Of a stretch of 41,434 nucleotides of DNA, positions 28,201 through 36,859 are shown in pieces. The position numbers and the translations under genes are program-made. The first letter of the stretch is position 1, and each line of letters starts with the position of its first letter. Under the pieces are notes generated by a model. The model did not search any database. It had not been told where the DNA came from and saw only the letters and a program-made list of their open reading frames with translations. Origin of the DNA: a bacterium (GTDB lineage Bacteria > Babelota > Babeliae > Babelales > CAIQNR01); contig CANNBR010000001.1 in the NCBI GenBank assembly GCA_947502805.1, forward strand, positions 1 through 41,434. The letters run 5' to 3'.

Positions 28201-28760
28201 TGGCATGGGCATTGCGTGACGTATTCAATGATTTTGTTGCCTACTTTATTATCCTTGTTCAGCGGCCTCTCAAAGTAGGGGACTATATTAGATTGGATCA
28301 GGAAGTCATGGGGGTTGTTAGGAGAATTACTCCACGTTCAGTCGTCTTACGGCGTCAAAATAGTTACAACATTATTGTTCCAAATTCTCGTATTGTTCGT
28401 GATGTGGTGAATAACTGGGATTACAGCAGAAGTTATATCGCATTTCCTGATATTGTTATTTCTGTACGTTATTTTGAAGATCCAGCAAAGGTAAAAGAGC
28501 TTCTTTTGCAAGCAATTCAGAGCACAAATAATATTTTGAATACACCTGTTCCTGTTATTCGCTTGGAAGAGTTTTCAGTAAATGGATTTACTTTCTTGGT
28601 GCGTGCTTTTATTAGTTCAGAAAAAACAATGGAGCAATGGGAAATCGCAAGTAACGTGCGGTTTGCTATCGTCAAAACCTTGCGGGATAATGGCATAGAC
28701 TTATCATTTCCTGTTCAGATTGTTCACCTTAAAAAAGATGATGAACCTAAAAATTATTAA
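25221..28760 (+). CDS. large MscS-family mechanosensitive channel (MscK/KefA-like)
   Basis: 1179 aa with a signal peptide, a long coiled-coil region, many TM helices and a C-terminal MscS core (FNDFVAYFIILVQRPLKVGDYIRLD..MGVVRRITPRSVVLRRQNSYNIIVPNSRIV...VNNW). Confidence 0.85.
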   Translation: MKRILSTVFLLGFCYAQADIFDTLNIPKIDKFNVVVGTNKITEDIAQLRKQTDFLQKEERTAHEDLLLQSEKVKSQILILETTKSTDTQYKSKLLLTLKSMSQALITFRSLRKETIATSKQHEVLLEDFSKERFEGILSERKTMYTFDDIQNLGNQIASQEEVVEHEQARKKELILDLENGEKKVIAAEELCKKKLKEQGDFGKWLESGERHVRIKGELLDAEVALAQYERDLAALRIEDKKVKLAFATDMILVQERTLQVLKKKLDFSVRISLRVDLEDVHQAEEKLKKEKQLYLTITDAYLQSVEKLTIQEEKIKKELSFLEKSYGEPGNSIQNLNEWSATVSSAEGYLILGETGLKNDELLVLEREIELLKAQIECEKEKFKEQELNTEMILSWHKTKHQKFKTSDELHAEVKKYQNCSVELLRECSSCEDKRTASTNRLNIQNRALSNLKNHKEQLNSKNKGIVGYDENKYSHIINYFDQAQILISHQIEITGNLIEVYSKSLVYLNSSLKHIDAMVSELQRINLWHRSRGAISWNGIKNVFSDTKIFLSDMHTLASHSLASGFDLHEMVSLLLDQPLKLFFLFIKLLALVALFWTFYYCLPRFSKQLLAVQRDFSGVYIIGRVLGFICQFIFNHMITLFLWAVCLYYFGYYGSSELYPSMLFYLFSIPYLLYLARKIVSTFITLNQENNYDIVNESFQPRFALICYVFLYATIIILCFREAFLLGGYSKSELPNILLAAYSIIIRGLLLTFIRKEDLLSIIPSKTPFWAWVWSVVNDYYYILLGIFIVIMILSDPYIGGYDNLMTYIFWGVLGTAIVIKMLFLFYGFFRRTSVLVFFSSEREILRERFYLAKTLYSLLAIFLLIFFIFLGVWLISWFWGKTISLGALAEFFTQKSITISIIDGQYQKISVLDILRTISFIPLSFMVASFIDKFVLYRLFGMLLVDPGVHNTVSTISYYLSAITVITLGLWYEGFGFLVVYYLGPLLFGMAWALRDVFNDFVAYFIILVQRPLKVGDYIRLDQEVMGVVRRITPRSVVLRRQNSYNIIVPNSRIVRDVVNNWDYSRSYIAFPDIVISVRYFEDPAKVKELLLQAIQSTNNILNTPVPVIRLEEFSVNGFTFLVRAFISSEKTMEQWEIASNVRFAIVKTLRDNGIDLSFPVQIVHLKKDDEPKNY

Positions 28761-28769
28761 GATTTACTT

Positions 28770-29300
28770 TTATAGTTGTACATTCGATACTTGCCACGGC
28801 TCACTAAAGTTAAGATGAATATCTTCTAATCGCTCATGATGTACCAAAAAATAAAAAGATGATGCAGTGCATCCTTGTTCTTTATAGCTTTTAATAAGCG
28901 CATTGATAAAAGATTCTTTATGGTGAATTGACCAGTTTTTCTCAAAAGGATTGTGGTCAAAAGAAGTGTATATTTCATAGCCAGAAGGGGAAAAGAGTAC
29001 GCTTTCAACCATTATTTTTTTTGAAAGTTCTTGTTCATCTTCAAGCCATGCAAGCCAGGCAGTAGTTAAAAGTTTAAAATTTGCATTCTGATTTTCTGAC
29101 CAAAGAACTTGAAACGATTCTTTAATAAAATTGCTGTCTTTTTCTCTCCACAATGTGATGTTTTTTTTCTCAATAATGGGAGTTGTTTGTGTTTGATAGG
29201 ATGGTTTATTCCAATAAATAATCAGCCATTCTTGGTAGGTGCAGAAGAAGATGAGGCCGGCTAGGAAGCTGATAGCCAGGATGACAGTTTTATTGTTCAT
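28770..29300 (-). CDS. hypothetical membrane-anchored protein
   Basis: 176 aa with a single N-terminal TM (VILAISFLAGLIFFC). No family is assigned; a GerM-like fold is only a guess. Confidence 0.5.
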   Translation of the reverse strand: MNNKTVILAISFLAGLIFFCTYQEWLIIYWNKPSYQTQTTPIIEKKNITLWREKDSNFIKESFQVLWSENQNANFKLLTTAWLAWLEDEQELSKKIMVESVLFSPSGYEIYTSFDHNPFEKNWSIHHKESFINALIKSYKEQGCTASSFYFLVHHERLEDIHLNFSEPWQVSNVQL

Positions 29301-29314
29301 AGGGGCTTTTTCCC

Positions 29315-29394
29315 GTTACGTCTGGATACCCCGACGCTCACTCCATCTAGCCAGTGCTGTGCACTGCCGCGACTACCGTACCGCTGGGGACGAC
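29315..29394. repeat. solo arm of the type A repeat
   Basis: gttacgtctggataccccgacgctcactccatctagccagtgctgtgcactgccgcgac...ctggggacgac aligns with the reverse complement of the A1 left arm, including the hairpin cagtgc-tgt-gcactg. It is bracketed by tcccgt / acggga. Confidence 0.8.
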
Positions 29395-29451
29395 GGGAAC
29401 TTAGGAAATCTTTTACGATATTTACTCTCTGAGAGAGGCGATAGATATTCT

Positions 29452-30084
29452 TCATGCATTCTCCATCGCGACTATAATTACCTCTTTAAGTCCTTCAAAA
29501 AGTTGAGGAAAATATGCTTTCCATTCTTTTGATTTTCCTATTCCTACCTCAAGTAAAAATGAAGGAGCAGTTATTGTTTTGAGCGCTTTAAGAGGAAGTT
29601 CTTGTGGTTCAAAAACAGGAATAGACCCTGCATTTTTTGCTGCAGTAAAAAATTTTTGCCTAAAGGTTTTTGATTCTTGAGCATGCTGTTCATACGCTTT
29701 TTCTACAGGGATAAGAGCAAGATCATTAGATTTTTTTTGCATACCAACTGGAGCTAGGCAGGTGTAGATTCTTATATTTTGCAGTACTTCTTTTGCGGTA
29801 AAAAAATTAAAACTGATGTGAAGATCTGCTTTGATTCGGTTAGAAAAAGAGGCGACCTGAAGAGGGGTAATAGCTTCTTGAGAGGTGCAAGAAAGGATAA
29901 TACGTGCTTGTGGAAATGCATCTTGTAATGCTCGTTGGATCGTTTGCACACAACTAAAAGCTTCTTGTGTAATGGTTGTATCTTCTTGTGATCCACGGTC
30001 AAGTACCACTGTAAAAGAATGAGCAGAAAGCGAGATCGAGAAAAAGGTTAGTGCTGTAGTAAAAAAAAACTGTTTTATCGACAT
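29452..30084 (-). CDS. Amidase_3 (AmiA/B/C)-like periplasmic protein, apparently lacking the zinc ligands
   Basis: 210 aa with a signal peptide. VVLDRGSQED stands where amidases have DPGHGG.D, ADLHISFNFF where they have ADLF.S.H.N, and PSFLLEVG where they have P..L.E.GF. The alignment is by eye. Confidence 0.45.
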   Translation of the reverse strand: MSIKQFFFTTALTFFSISLSAHSFTVVLDRGSQEDTTITQEAFSCVQTIQRALQDAFPQARIILSCTSQEAITPLQVASFSNRIKADLHISFNFFTAKEVLQNIRIYTCLAPVGMQKKSNDLALIPVEKAYEQHAQESKTFRQKFFTAAKNAGSIPVFEPQELPLKALKTITAPSFLLEVGIGKSKEWKAYFPQLFEGLKEVIIVAMENA

Positions 30085-32297
30085 GTTAAATCACTGGTTA
30101 AAAATTGAGTAAGGAAAGTAAGCCGTTCAGTTCCCTTGGTGTTTTTAATCGCCATGGCAAGCGCTTTATATTGCCCTACAATGAAACAGTATTTTTTTGC
30201 TCTTGTCAGTGCTGTGTAGATAAGATTGCGCTGTAAAAGAGTAAAGTGTTGCATAAAGAGCGGAATAATAACTGCTGAAAATTCTGAACCTTGGCTCTTA
30301 TGGATTGAGATTGCATAGGCTAGTATAAGTTCATCAAGTTCAGAAAAATCATACTCAACATCTTTTTCAGGAAAGGTAATGGTCATAATTTTATCTTCTT
30401 CATCGATTTTACTAATCGTTCCAATATCACCATTGAACACATGTTTATCGTAATTGTTTCTGATTTGCATAACCGGATCATCAATTTTGAAGATACTAAA
30501 TAAACGTTGAACTTGTGGTTTTTTTTCTGGATTTAAGAGAAGTTGCATGTCTTGGTTTAATTTTTGTGTTCCTGCAATACCACGATTCATAGGGGCAAGA
30601 ACAAGGGTGTCTTTCGCTGAAATGCCAAATCGAGGAAGAAGTCCATGCATTATTTTTTTAAGATGCAAAGGAAGATTTGCAGGATCTTCTTCTGCAATAA
30701 AAAAATAATCTTGGAGTGTGCATTCTGCGTTTGAGACTGGCATTTCTCCTTTATTAATACGATGAGCGTTGTAAGTAATCAAACTGTTTTGTGCTTGTCT
30801 AAAAATGTAACTGAGTTTGGCTACAGGGGCCATATTGCTTGCAATTAAATCTCGTAAAAAGTTTCCTGCTCCTACTGGTGGCAGCTGATCGACATCACCA
30901 ATAAAAATAATGTGCGCAGTAAATGGCACCGATTTAACGAGAGCATAGGCAAGAAATGAATCGATCATGGATGCTTCATCAATAATTAAATAATCGACTT
31001 TCAGAGAGTTCTGTTCGTTGTAGGTGAAGGACATAGTGTGTGGATTGAATTCTAAAAGACGATGAATAGTGACTGCAAAGCGTCCAGTGCTTTCCATCAT
31101 TCGTTTTGCAGCTCTGCCTGTTGGTGCTGCAAGTCTATAGCTGATCTGTAGCCCATCTAGGATACCAAGGAGTTTTTTGATCAATGTTGTTTTTCCTGTT
31201 CCTGGTCCGCCGGTAATGACCGAAACTTTTGCTTGCAAGCAGTCAATAATACCTTTTTGTTGCGCTTCATTGAGCTCAACTTCACCTTCTTTAGGGACGC
31301 GTAACGATTGGTAGATTGCATCAACATCAAATGAGCGCGTTGAATAATGTTTGATTACCGTATCCAGTTTTGCTGCGATGTTTTTTTCAACATGATAGTG
31401 TTGTGCAAGGGTAACGTAATGCTTGTCTTGATAGGTAACTAATTTTATTTTTTGTGCTTCATGGAGTTCATGAAATGATCTTTTTAGAGTTGCTTGCAGT
31501 TCTAATTCTTCCGAGGATTCCCTTTGTGGACTGGAGTCCTCAATAGCCTTGGTAAAGGAGGATAGCTCTAAAAGTTCGAAGGTCTTTTTTTTAAGTTCAT
31601 CAAGTTCAACGTAGAGATGTCCAAAAGTGGTTGCATTGGTAATGGCAAAGATAATACCAGCTTTTATTCGCTTGGCTGAATTTTTTTCAAATCCTAAGTT
31701 TTGCGCAAGAAGATCAGCCATTTTAAAACCGATTCCCCAGATTTCTTCTGCGAGGCGATAGGGATTTTCGGTAACGATGGCTACTGAACTTGTCCCATAT
31801 TTTTTATAAATTTTTGTTGCATAGGCAGGAGATGCTCCTTTTTCCTGTAGAAAGACCATAATTTTTGCAATATCTTTTTGATCTTTCCAGGCAGTAATTA
31901 TTTGTTCGAGCCGCTTAGGTCCAATACCAGAAACTTCTGAAAGCCGTTCTGGATGCTTATCAATGACATCAAGTACCGTAGTTCCAAAAGCATTGACCAA
32001 TTTGTCTGCATATGTTTTTCCAATACCTTTGATCATGCCTGAACTTAAATAGCGCCGAAGACCAAGAATACTGGTTGGGAGTGTTGCATTGCACGATTGT
32101 GCATCAAATTGTTTGCCGAATTTAGGATGAGTAACCCATGCGCCTTCAACTTCCACATCTTGTCCTGGATGGAAAGAAACTGCATGGGCACGAACAACTA
32201 TAGATGTTTCACGCTCAACTTTAAGGAGGAAAACACAAAAGCCTTTTTCACTATCTTGAAAAAGAAATCGTTCAACTGTTCCGTTTAGTGTTTCCAT
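30075..32297 (-). CDS. recD2: RecD2-type SF1 ATP-dependent DNA helicase
   Basis: 740 aa with the RecD2 N-terminal domain (GTVERFLFQDSEKGFCVF), an HhH region, Walker A GGPGTGKTT, DEASM and GDVDQLPPVG, and a C-terminal AISIHKSQGSEF. Confidence 0.88.
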   Translation of the reverse strand: METLNGTVERFLFQDSEKGFCVFLLKVERETSIVVRAHAVSFHPGQDVEVEGAWVTHPKFGKQFDAQSCNATLPTSILGLRRYLSSGMIKGIGKTYADKLVNAFGTTVLDVIDKHPERLSEVSGIGPKRLEQIITAWKDQKDIAKIMVFLQEKGASPAYATKIYKKYGTSSVAIVTENPYRLAEEIWGIGFKMADLLAQNLGFEKNSAKRIKAGIIFAITNATTFGHLYVELDELKKKTFELLELSSFTKAIEDSSPQRESSEELELQATLKRSFHELHEAQKIKLVTYQDKHYVTLAQHYHVEKNIAAKLDTVIKHYSTRSFDVDAIYQSLRVPKEGEVELNEAQQKGIIDCLQAKVSVITGGPGTGKTTLIKKLLGILDGLQISYRLAAPTGRAAKRMMESTGRFAVTIHRLLEFNPHTMSFTYNEQNSLKVDYLIIDEASMIDSFLAYALVKSVPFTAHIIFIGDVDQLPPVGAGNFLRDLIASNMAPVAKLSYIFRQAQNSLITYNAHRINKGEMPVSNAECTLQDYFFIAEEDPANLPLHLKKIMHGLLPRFGISAKDTLVLAPMNRGIAGTQKLNQDMQLLLNPEKKPQVQRLFSIFKIDDPVMQIRNNYDKHVFNGDIGTISKIDEEDKIMTITFPEKDVEYDFSELDELILAYAISIHKSQGSEFSAVIIPLFMQHFTLLQRNLIYTALTRAKKYCFIVGQYKALAMAIKNTKGTERLTFLTQFLTSDLTCR

Positions 32298-32312
32298 ATC
32301 GTTGTAGTGACC

Positions 32313-33038
32313 TTATTTAGTGCGTGCTTTTTGCACAAGTTCTTTGTACTGTTTATGTGCTTCAGTACATGAATCGATCATGTCTCCAAAAAAATGTTTA
32401 AGTTCTTCTAAGAAAACAAAAAATTCGCTGGCTGATGCATCATAAAGTCGTTTTTTTTCATCAGGAAGATCAGAATTCATGAGCAAAGATATTTTTATTT
32501 CTTGGTCTTTAAGCCAAAAAACAATCAATTTATGTTTGATGTTTTTTGACATTTCACTTTCTTCTTTTCCATTACGTAATGCTTTTATCTTAGCATTAAA
32601 ATCATCTTTTATCCTGTCTAGAGCTGTAGTGCATGCTATTTGCCGAGCATCATCTTTTGCAACTCCTTCTTTAGTAAGCTTATCTTGAATAACAGCAATA
32701 TCGTGAAGCGCTACTTGTTGATCGCCTAACTGATACAGACCACTTCTTTTTTGTGTTTTTTTATCAAGCTTTCCATATTGGATTGCATGAATTTCTGAAA
32801 TTATTTTGAGAGATTCATGCACCGAGTGTCCATCAAAAAGTCCATATTTGCCATCTATTGTTTGGATAAATGCAAGTTCCTTAAAGTTTGCCTTTTTTCG
32901 CTTGGGTGCGGCTGCACCAGCAGTTGCAGCTATTATTGCCGTATCTTTGTGTGTTTGGTCTGTTGTTATATCAGTGCTGATTATAATAGTTGTGTATGAG
33001 CAGAGCATAAGAAGTGAAAATATTTGTTTTTTTTTCAT
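32313..33038 (-). CDS. hypothetical secreted protein
   Basis: ATG at 33038 (MKKKQIFSLLMLCSYTTIII, signal-like) is preferred over the track start 33062. No family is recognised. Confidence 0.5.
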   Translation of the reverse strand: MKKKQIFSLLMLCSYTTIIISTDITTDQTHKDTAIIAATAGAAAPKRKKANFKELAFIQTIDGKYGLFDGHSVHESLKIISEIHAIQYGKLDKKTQKRSGLYQLGDQQVALHDIAVIQDKLTKEGVAKDDARQIACTTALDRIKDDFNAKIKALRNGKEESEMSKNIKHKLIVFWLKDQEIKISLLMNSDLPDEKKRLYDASASEFFVFLEELKHFFGDMIDSCTEAHKQYKELVQKARTK

Positions 33039-33097
33039 ATTTTTATTTCCTTTATTAATCACGCCTTAGCTCAAAATGAGCAGTGGCGTATTCTTTT

Positions 33098-34711
33098 TTA
33101 AAAGAATTTTTGGATGAGAATACAGGCGCCCCATTCTTTTCCAACTCCAAAACCATTTGTAGTTGATTCAACTCGCAAGCCAAATTTCCAGGAAGAACCT
33201 GGCTTGAATTTTTTTTCTAAAGAACCCCAGAACATTGTTTGAAATCCATACCCATGCTTTGCCGTTGATTTATTGATGATGCTTTGGTTTTTAATTTCTT
33301 TTGGTGCGTCGATAGATAAAAAGCGTTCATTGGTGTGCCACCACAAATCAGTACCGCCTGTTATTTCAAGGCGTCTACCTCGATAGGTAAGGGCAGAAGT
33401 ACTTTGAATGATAAACCCAGGAAACACAGAAACTTTATAGCGAACTGGGAAAAATTTATTAATAAATTGTTGATTTAAAAAATCTAATTTTGCTGAAAGT
33501 TGCCCCGTTGCAGCATCTGTATTTGCCCAATTAAAAGCATTAAAAGCAGAAAGGGGAGTGTTTATAATAAAAAAGCGTTGTTCATTTGCAGGAAGCAACA
33601 TTTCAGCTGAAAAAAGCCCTGAGAGAGATAGTTTTTCACTAAAAATCATTTTATTGTGAGTGAAGACGCCGATACCAAGATGCTGTTTATTGCCCAAAGG
33701 GGTTTGCACAAGGATGGTTGCGAGTCTATCCATGATCGCATATCCAAGTGTTTGAACATTTTGCTGCACTAAGGGAATATTTTGATCGGGTGGAGTACTT
33801 AATCCTGGTAAAAGTAAGTCAGTATAAAGGTCAAAATTTGGAGCTGGAGCTTCAACATTAAAGTTAGTACCATACAATCCTTTTTTTACAGCAAAAGCAG
33901 TTGGGATAGTACCTCGTATACCGGCACTAAAAGTTTGTTTATGAGTATCTATAAAGAGGTATTCAAAGTTGATTCGAAGATCTCCAAACCCAACTTGATC
34001 ACTGATTAAATGTTCGCGAGCAAAAGCAACTTCATCAAAGTCGCTACTACTAAAAAAAGAATTTTTTTGGACCTTTACTTGATCTTCTGGAGGCATATTT
34101 AAATTGTGTTCACTGTAATAAAAAGGAATACGGCCTGAAAGGGTCCATGCATCAGTTGATTTAACATATTCAAACATCGCCCCCGCGCGTCGTTCTTCTA
34201 GGTAGATGGTGTTAAAGAGACCAAGAACATTACTTACGTTAAAGCCAGCAAAATCGACATTATCAATAACAGTTAAAAGGTCATTGAGCTGATTATTGGC
34301 TTCATTTTGGTTCATGTCGATGTAATAGTTGATGTTTGATCGGGTATCGTAAAAATATTCTTTAAACGTTTGGGTCATAAACGGTTTAAAGCTAAAGTTT
34401 TGACCAGGGTTTCCCTGTTCAACAAATTGCTGAAAGATAGGATTATCAATGATATTTCTGCGCATAGGTGGATTGCTGCGATAGTATAAAGGGTTTTGGA
34501 GGATTTTTTGTGCATTAATAGTTGTAGGGTCAGTAAGGTTTATTACCGCATCGTTTTTTGAAATAATTGCTCGTGTTGCATTTAAATTTATGTCTTCATC
34601 TAGAATATAAGATTCTTCTCCGAGTTGATCAAAGGCATTTTCCCATTCTTCGCAACGAATAATGCCTTGTGAGAATACTACTATTAATAAAAAACAACGG
34701 CCGTACTTCAT
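33098..34711 (-). CDS. putative outer-membrane beta-barrel protein
   Basis: 537 aa with a signal peptide (MKYGRCFLLIVVFSQGIIRC). The C-terminal half has alternating amphipathic strands and the protein ends ...ILIQKFF, with the terminal Phe typical of BAM substrates. Confidence 0.6.
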   Translation of the reverse strand: MKYGRCFLLIVVFSQGIIRCEEWENAFDQLGEESYILDEDINLNATRAIISKNDAVINLTDPTTINAQKILQNPLYYRSNPPMRRNIIDNPIFQQFVEQGNPGQNFSFKPFMTQTFKEYFYDTRSNINYYIDMNQNEANNQLNDLLTVIDNVDFAGFNVSNVLGLFNTIYLEERRAGAMFEYVKSTDAWTLSGRIPFYYSEHNLNMPPEDQVKVQKNSFFSSSDFDEVAFAREHLISDQVGFGDLRINFEYLFIDTHKQTFSAGIRGTIPTAFAVKKGLYGTNFNVEAPAPNFDLYTDLLLPGLSTPPDQNIPLVQQNVQTLGYAIMDRLATILVQTPLGNKQHLGIGVFTHNKMIFSEKLSLSGLFSAEMLLPANEQRFFIINTPLSAFNAFNWANTDAATGQLSAKLDFLNQQFINKFFPVRYKVSVFPGFIIQSTSALTYRGRRLEITGGTDLWWHTNERFLSIDAPKEIKNQSIINKSTAKHGYGFQTMFWGSLEKKFKPGSSWKFGLRVESTTNGFGVGKEWGACILIQKFF

Positions 34712-34875
34712 AAATTTTTTTTCCTGCGTAAACTCTTCATTATTGCTATTACTAAAGAAAAGTAGATGTTTTGCTTGATTAAGACATTTTCTGTTTAATA
34801 GTAGTCAGTATACTTAAAACATCTAATTATGACAAAGCATGGCAATATTAAGCTTATTCTACAAATTGTTTTTCT

Positions 34876-35619
34876 ATGGAGTCGATTTTTATGGTACATA
34901 AAACATCTTTTTTAAAAAGTTTTATGGTTGAAGGAAATATTGGGGCGGGCAAATCGACCTTTTTACGATTGATCGAAGAACATTTACCAGCACAAATAGT
35001 ATATGAGCCTGTAGATCAGTGGCAGCGAGTTGCGGCAGGGGAAAACCTTCTTGATCGTTTTTATAAAGACACAAAGCGATGGGCTTATACGTTTCAGTCG
35101 TATGCCTTTATTACGCGTGTTATGGAACAGCAAAAAAAGGCTTCAGTATCTGTGCATGGGTTACAGATTCTTGAACGTTCTGTGTATTCAGATCGTTATT
35201 GCTTTGCAAAAAACTGTTTTGAGATGGGAACTATGAGCCCTCTTGAATGGAGCTTATATCAAGAATGGTTTGATTGGCTTATTGAAAATTATGTTCAAAA
35301 ACCATCTGGCTTTATTTATTTACGTACGAGCCCTGAAAAAAGTTTTGAACGTTTAAAAAAGCGTGCTCGTTCAGAAGAAAAAGTGGTTCCTCTAGAATAT
35401 TTAACATTGTTGCATGATAAGCATGAGCAATGGTTGCTAGGTAAAGAAGGTATTGCAAAGTCACTTATTGATGTTCCGGTATTGGTGATTGAAGCAGATC
35501 AAGAATTTGAAAATTATTCGGATCAAATGGAAGCGCATGTTGCTAAGGTTGCTGAGTTTATTGAAGTAACAACGCTAGGATTACCAGCTCATTCTGCGAT
35601 AAAATCTACATCTTTATGA
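34876..35619 (+). CDS. deoxynucleoside kinase (dAK/dGK/dCK family)
   Basis: 247 aa with P-loop VEGNIGAGKSTF and ERSVYSDRYCF (the ERS motif). LRTSPEKSFERLKKRARSEE is the LID-type arginine-rich segment. Confidence 0.85.
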   Translation: MESIFMVHKTSFLKSFMVEGNIGAGKSTFLRLIEEHLPAQIVYEPVDQWQRVAAGENLLDRFYKDTKRWAYTFQSYAFITRVMEQQKKASVSVHGLQILERSVYSDRYCFAKNCFEMGTMSPLEWSLYQEWFDWLIENYVQKPSGFIYLRTSPEKSFERLKKRARSEEKVVPLEYLTLLHDKHEQWLLGKEGIAKSLIDVPVLVIEADQEFENYSDQMEAHVAKVAEFIEVTTLGLPAHSAIKSTSL

Positions 35620-35637
35620 GGTTATTCGCATTCATTC

Positions 35638-35667
35638 TTGTAAGGAACTAAAAAAGTGGAGTAGAAT
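35638..35667 (+). promoter_or_regulatory. candidate sigma70-type promoter for the atp genes
   Basis: TTGTAA (35638-35643), an 18-nt spacer, then TAGAAT (35662-35667), about 50 nt upstream of atpE. Confidence 0.35.
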
Positions 35668-35717
35668 GACGAACTACATTGTTAAAATGAAAAAAATCAA
35701 TCTGTGAAAGGGTACTC

Positions 35718-35957
35718 GTGGAATATTACGTAAAAGCAGCAGCTTTTTTAGGTGCTGCAATTGCTATCGGCCTAGGAACGCTCGGGCCATCTTTGGGAAT
35801 GGGCATGATTGCATCAAAGGCTTGTGAAAATATCGGAAAGTATCCTGAAAGCGCTAAGCAAATCAGAAGTGCGATGATGTTCGGTCTTATCATGGTAGAA
35901 ACAGCTGCCGTGTATGCCTTTGTTATTGCTTTCGTTATTATTATTTTCAGCCGTTAA
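35718..35957 (+). CDS. atpE: F0F1 ATP synthase subunit c
   Basis: 79 aa forming a two-helix hairpin. It has a Gly-rich helix 1 (GAAIAIGLGTLGPSLGMGM), a polar loop (GKYPES) and the essential carboxylate in LIMVETAAVYAF. The start is GTG. Confidence 0.9.
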   Translation: MEYYVKAAAFLGAAIAIGLGTLGPSLGMGMIASKACENIGKYPESAKQIRSAMMFGLIMVETAAVYAFVIAFVIIIFSR

Positions 35958-35994
35958 TCTTTTCGCTTTTTACTAAGCTAATGCAGGGGATCTT

Positions 35995-36366
35995 ATGATT
36001 CAGATTAACGTTACGCTCTTTATTCAGATGCTTAATTTTATTATTGCGTGGAAGATGCTTGATACTTTCTTTTTACGTGACTGCGTAAAAGAAGTTCAGG
36101 ATGAGCGTGAGGTTGTTATGCTCCTTGAGCAGTGCGTGCAGTCTGAAAAAGATGCGTTAAAAAAAACAAAAGATGAGCAAATAAGTGCTCTTGAGGGAAT
36201 TCGCAAAGACTTTATTGCCGCATTACCTCCTGTTGCCGAAGACCTTTCTCCTAAGAATATCTCGATCGACACCTTTTCCTTTTCTCGTGAATGTGATGTT
36301 GCTTCTCGCAATCAGATAACAGAACAATCGGTTAATTTTTTGGTAAAAAGGATAACCAATGTCTAG
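35995..36366 (+). CDS. F0F1 ATP synthase b-type subunit (b')
   Basis: 123 aa with an N-terminal TM (TLFIQMLNFIIAWKML) followed by a charged helix. It sits between atpE and the second b-type gene. Confidence 0.65.
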   Translation: MIQINVTLFIQMLNFIIAWKMLDTFFLRDCVKEVQDEREVVMLLEQCVQSEKDALKKTKDEQISALEGIRKDFIAALPPVAEDLSPKNISIDTFSFSRECDVASRNQITEQSVNFLVKRITNV

Positions 36367-36859
36367 TTTTTTCTGGGGAGCGCTTATAAATAAGTTTCTC
36401 AATCTGGGAATGCTTATTGCTGCATGTGCCTATCTTGTGACGAAGTATATTGCTCCTTATATTAAAAAAAGCCTAAAACAACGCGAAGAGCGCCTTTTTT
36501 CTTTAGAGCAAGAAGCAGTAGAGCTTCGAGTAAAAAAGGCTGAGGTGATTCGAGAAATGGAAGGTCAAAAGGCTTATGCTCAGCAGTTGCTTTGGAAGGT
36601 GCAATTATGGAAAAGTGTGATGGAAGGACGAGAGAATGTCTATGCTGTTGAACGCAGAGAGATTGAAAAAAAGTCCCTTGAGTATTTAAAGAAGCGGGCA
36701 GATGGTTTGTGCCAAGAGTTTCTGAAGCGTGAGGTTATTCCACCTATTTTAATAAAGACAAGAGAGCAAGTACTTGTTTTTTTTGCCAATGAAAAAGCTC
36801 AAAGAGACTATGTAACCAGTTCTTTAAAAGCATTGGGCAAGGAGAGTATTTGTGGATAG
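36359..36859 (+). CDS. atpF: F0F1 ATP synthase subunit b
   Basis: 166 aa with an N-terminal TM followed by a long charged helix (KQREERLFSLEQEAVELRVKKAEVIREMEGQK). It overlaps the upstream gene by 8 nt. Confidence 0.7.
   Translation: MSSFFWGALINKFLNLGMLIAACAYLVTKYIAPYIKKSLKQREERLFSLEQEAVELRVKKAEVIREMEGQKAYAQQLLWKVQLWKSVMEGRENVYAVERREIEKKSLEYLKKRADGLCQEFLKREVIPPILIKTREQVLVFFANEKAQRDYVTSSLKALGKESICG

Noticed and set aside
30061-30069. An A9 homopolymer (T9 on the coding strand) in codons 6-8 of the Amidase_3-like gene could be a slipped-strand phase-variation switch.
   Set aside because: It simply encodes FFF in a signal peptide. Homopolymers of 7-9 nt are common throughout this AT-rich window, so there is no specific evidence.
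35718-35957. The c subunit could carry a sodium-binding signature (E-T....Y in helix 2, as in Na+-translocating F-ATPases).
   Set aside because: The helix-1 Gln that completes the Na+ site aligns with Met here (GPSLGMGM versus GPGVGQGY). The motif is incomplete, so proton coupling is the default.
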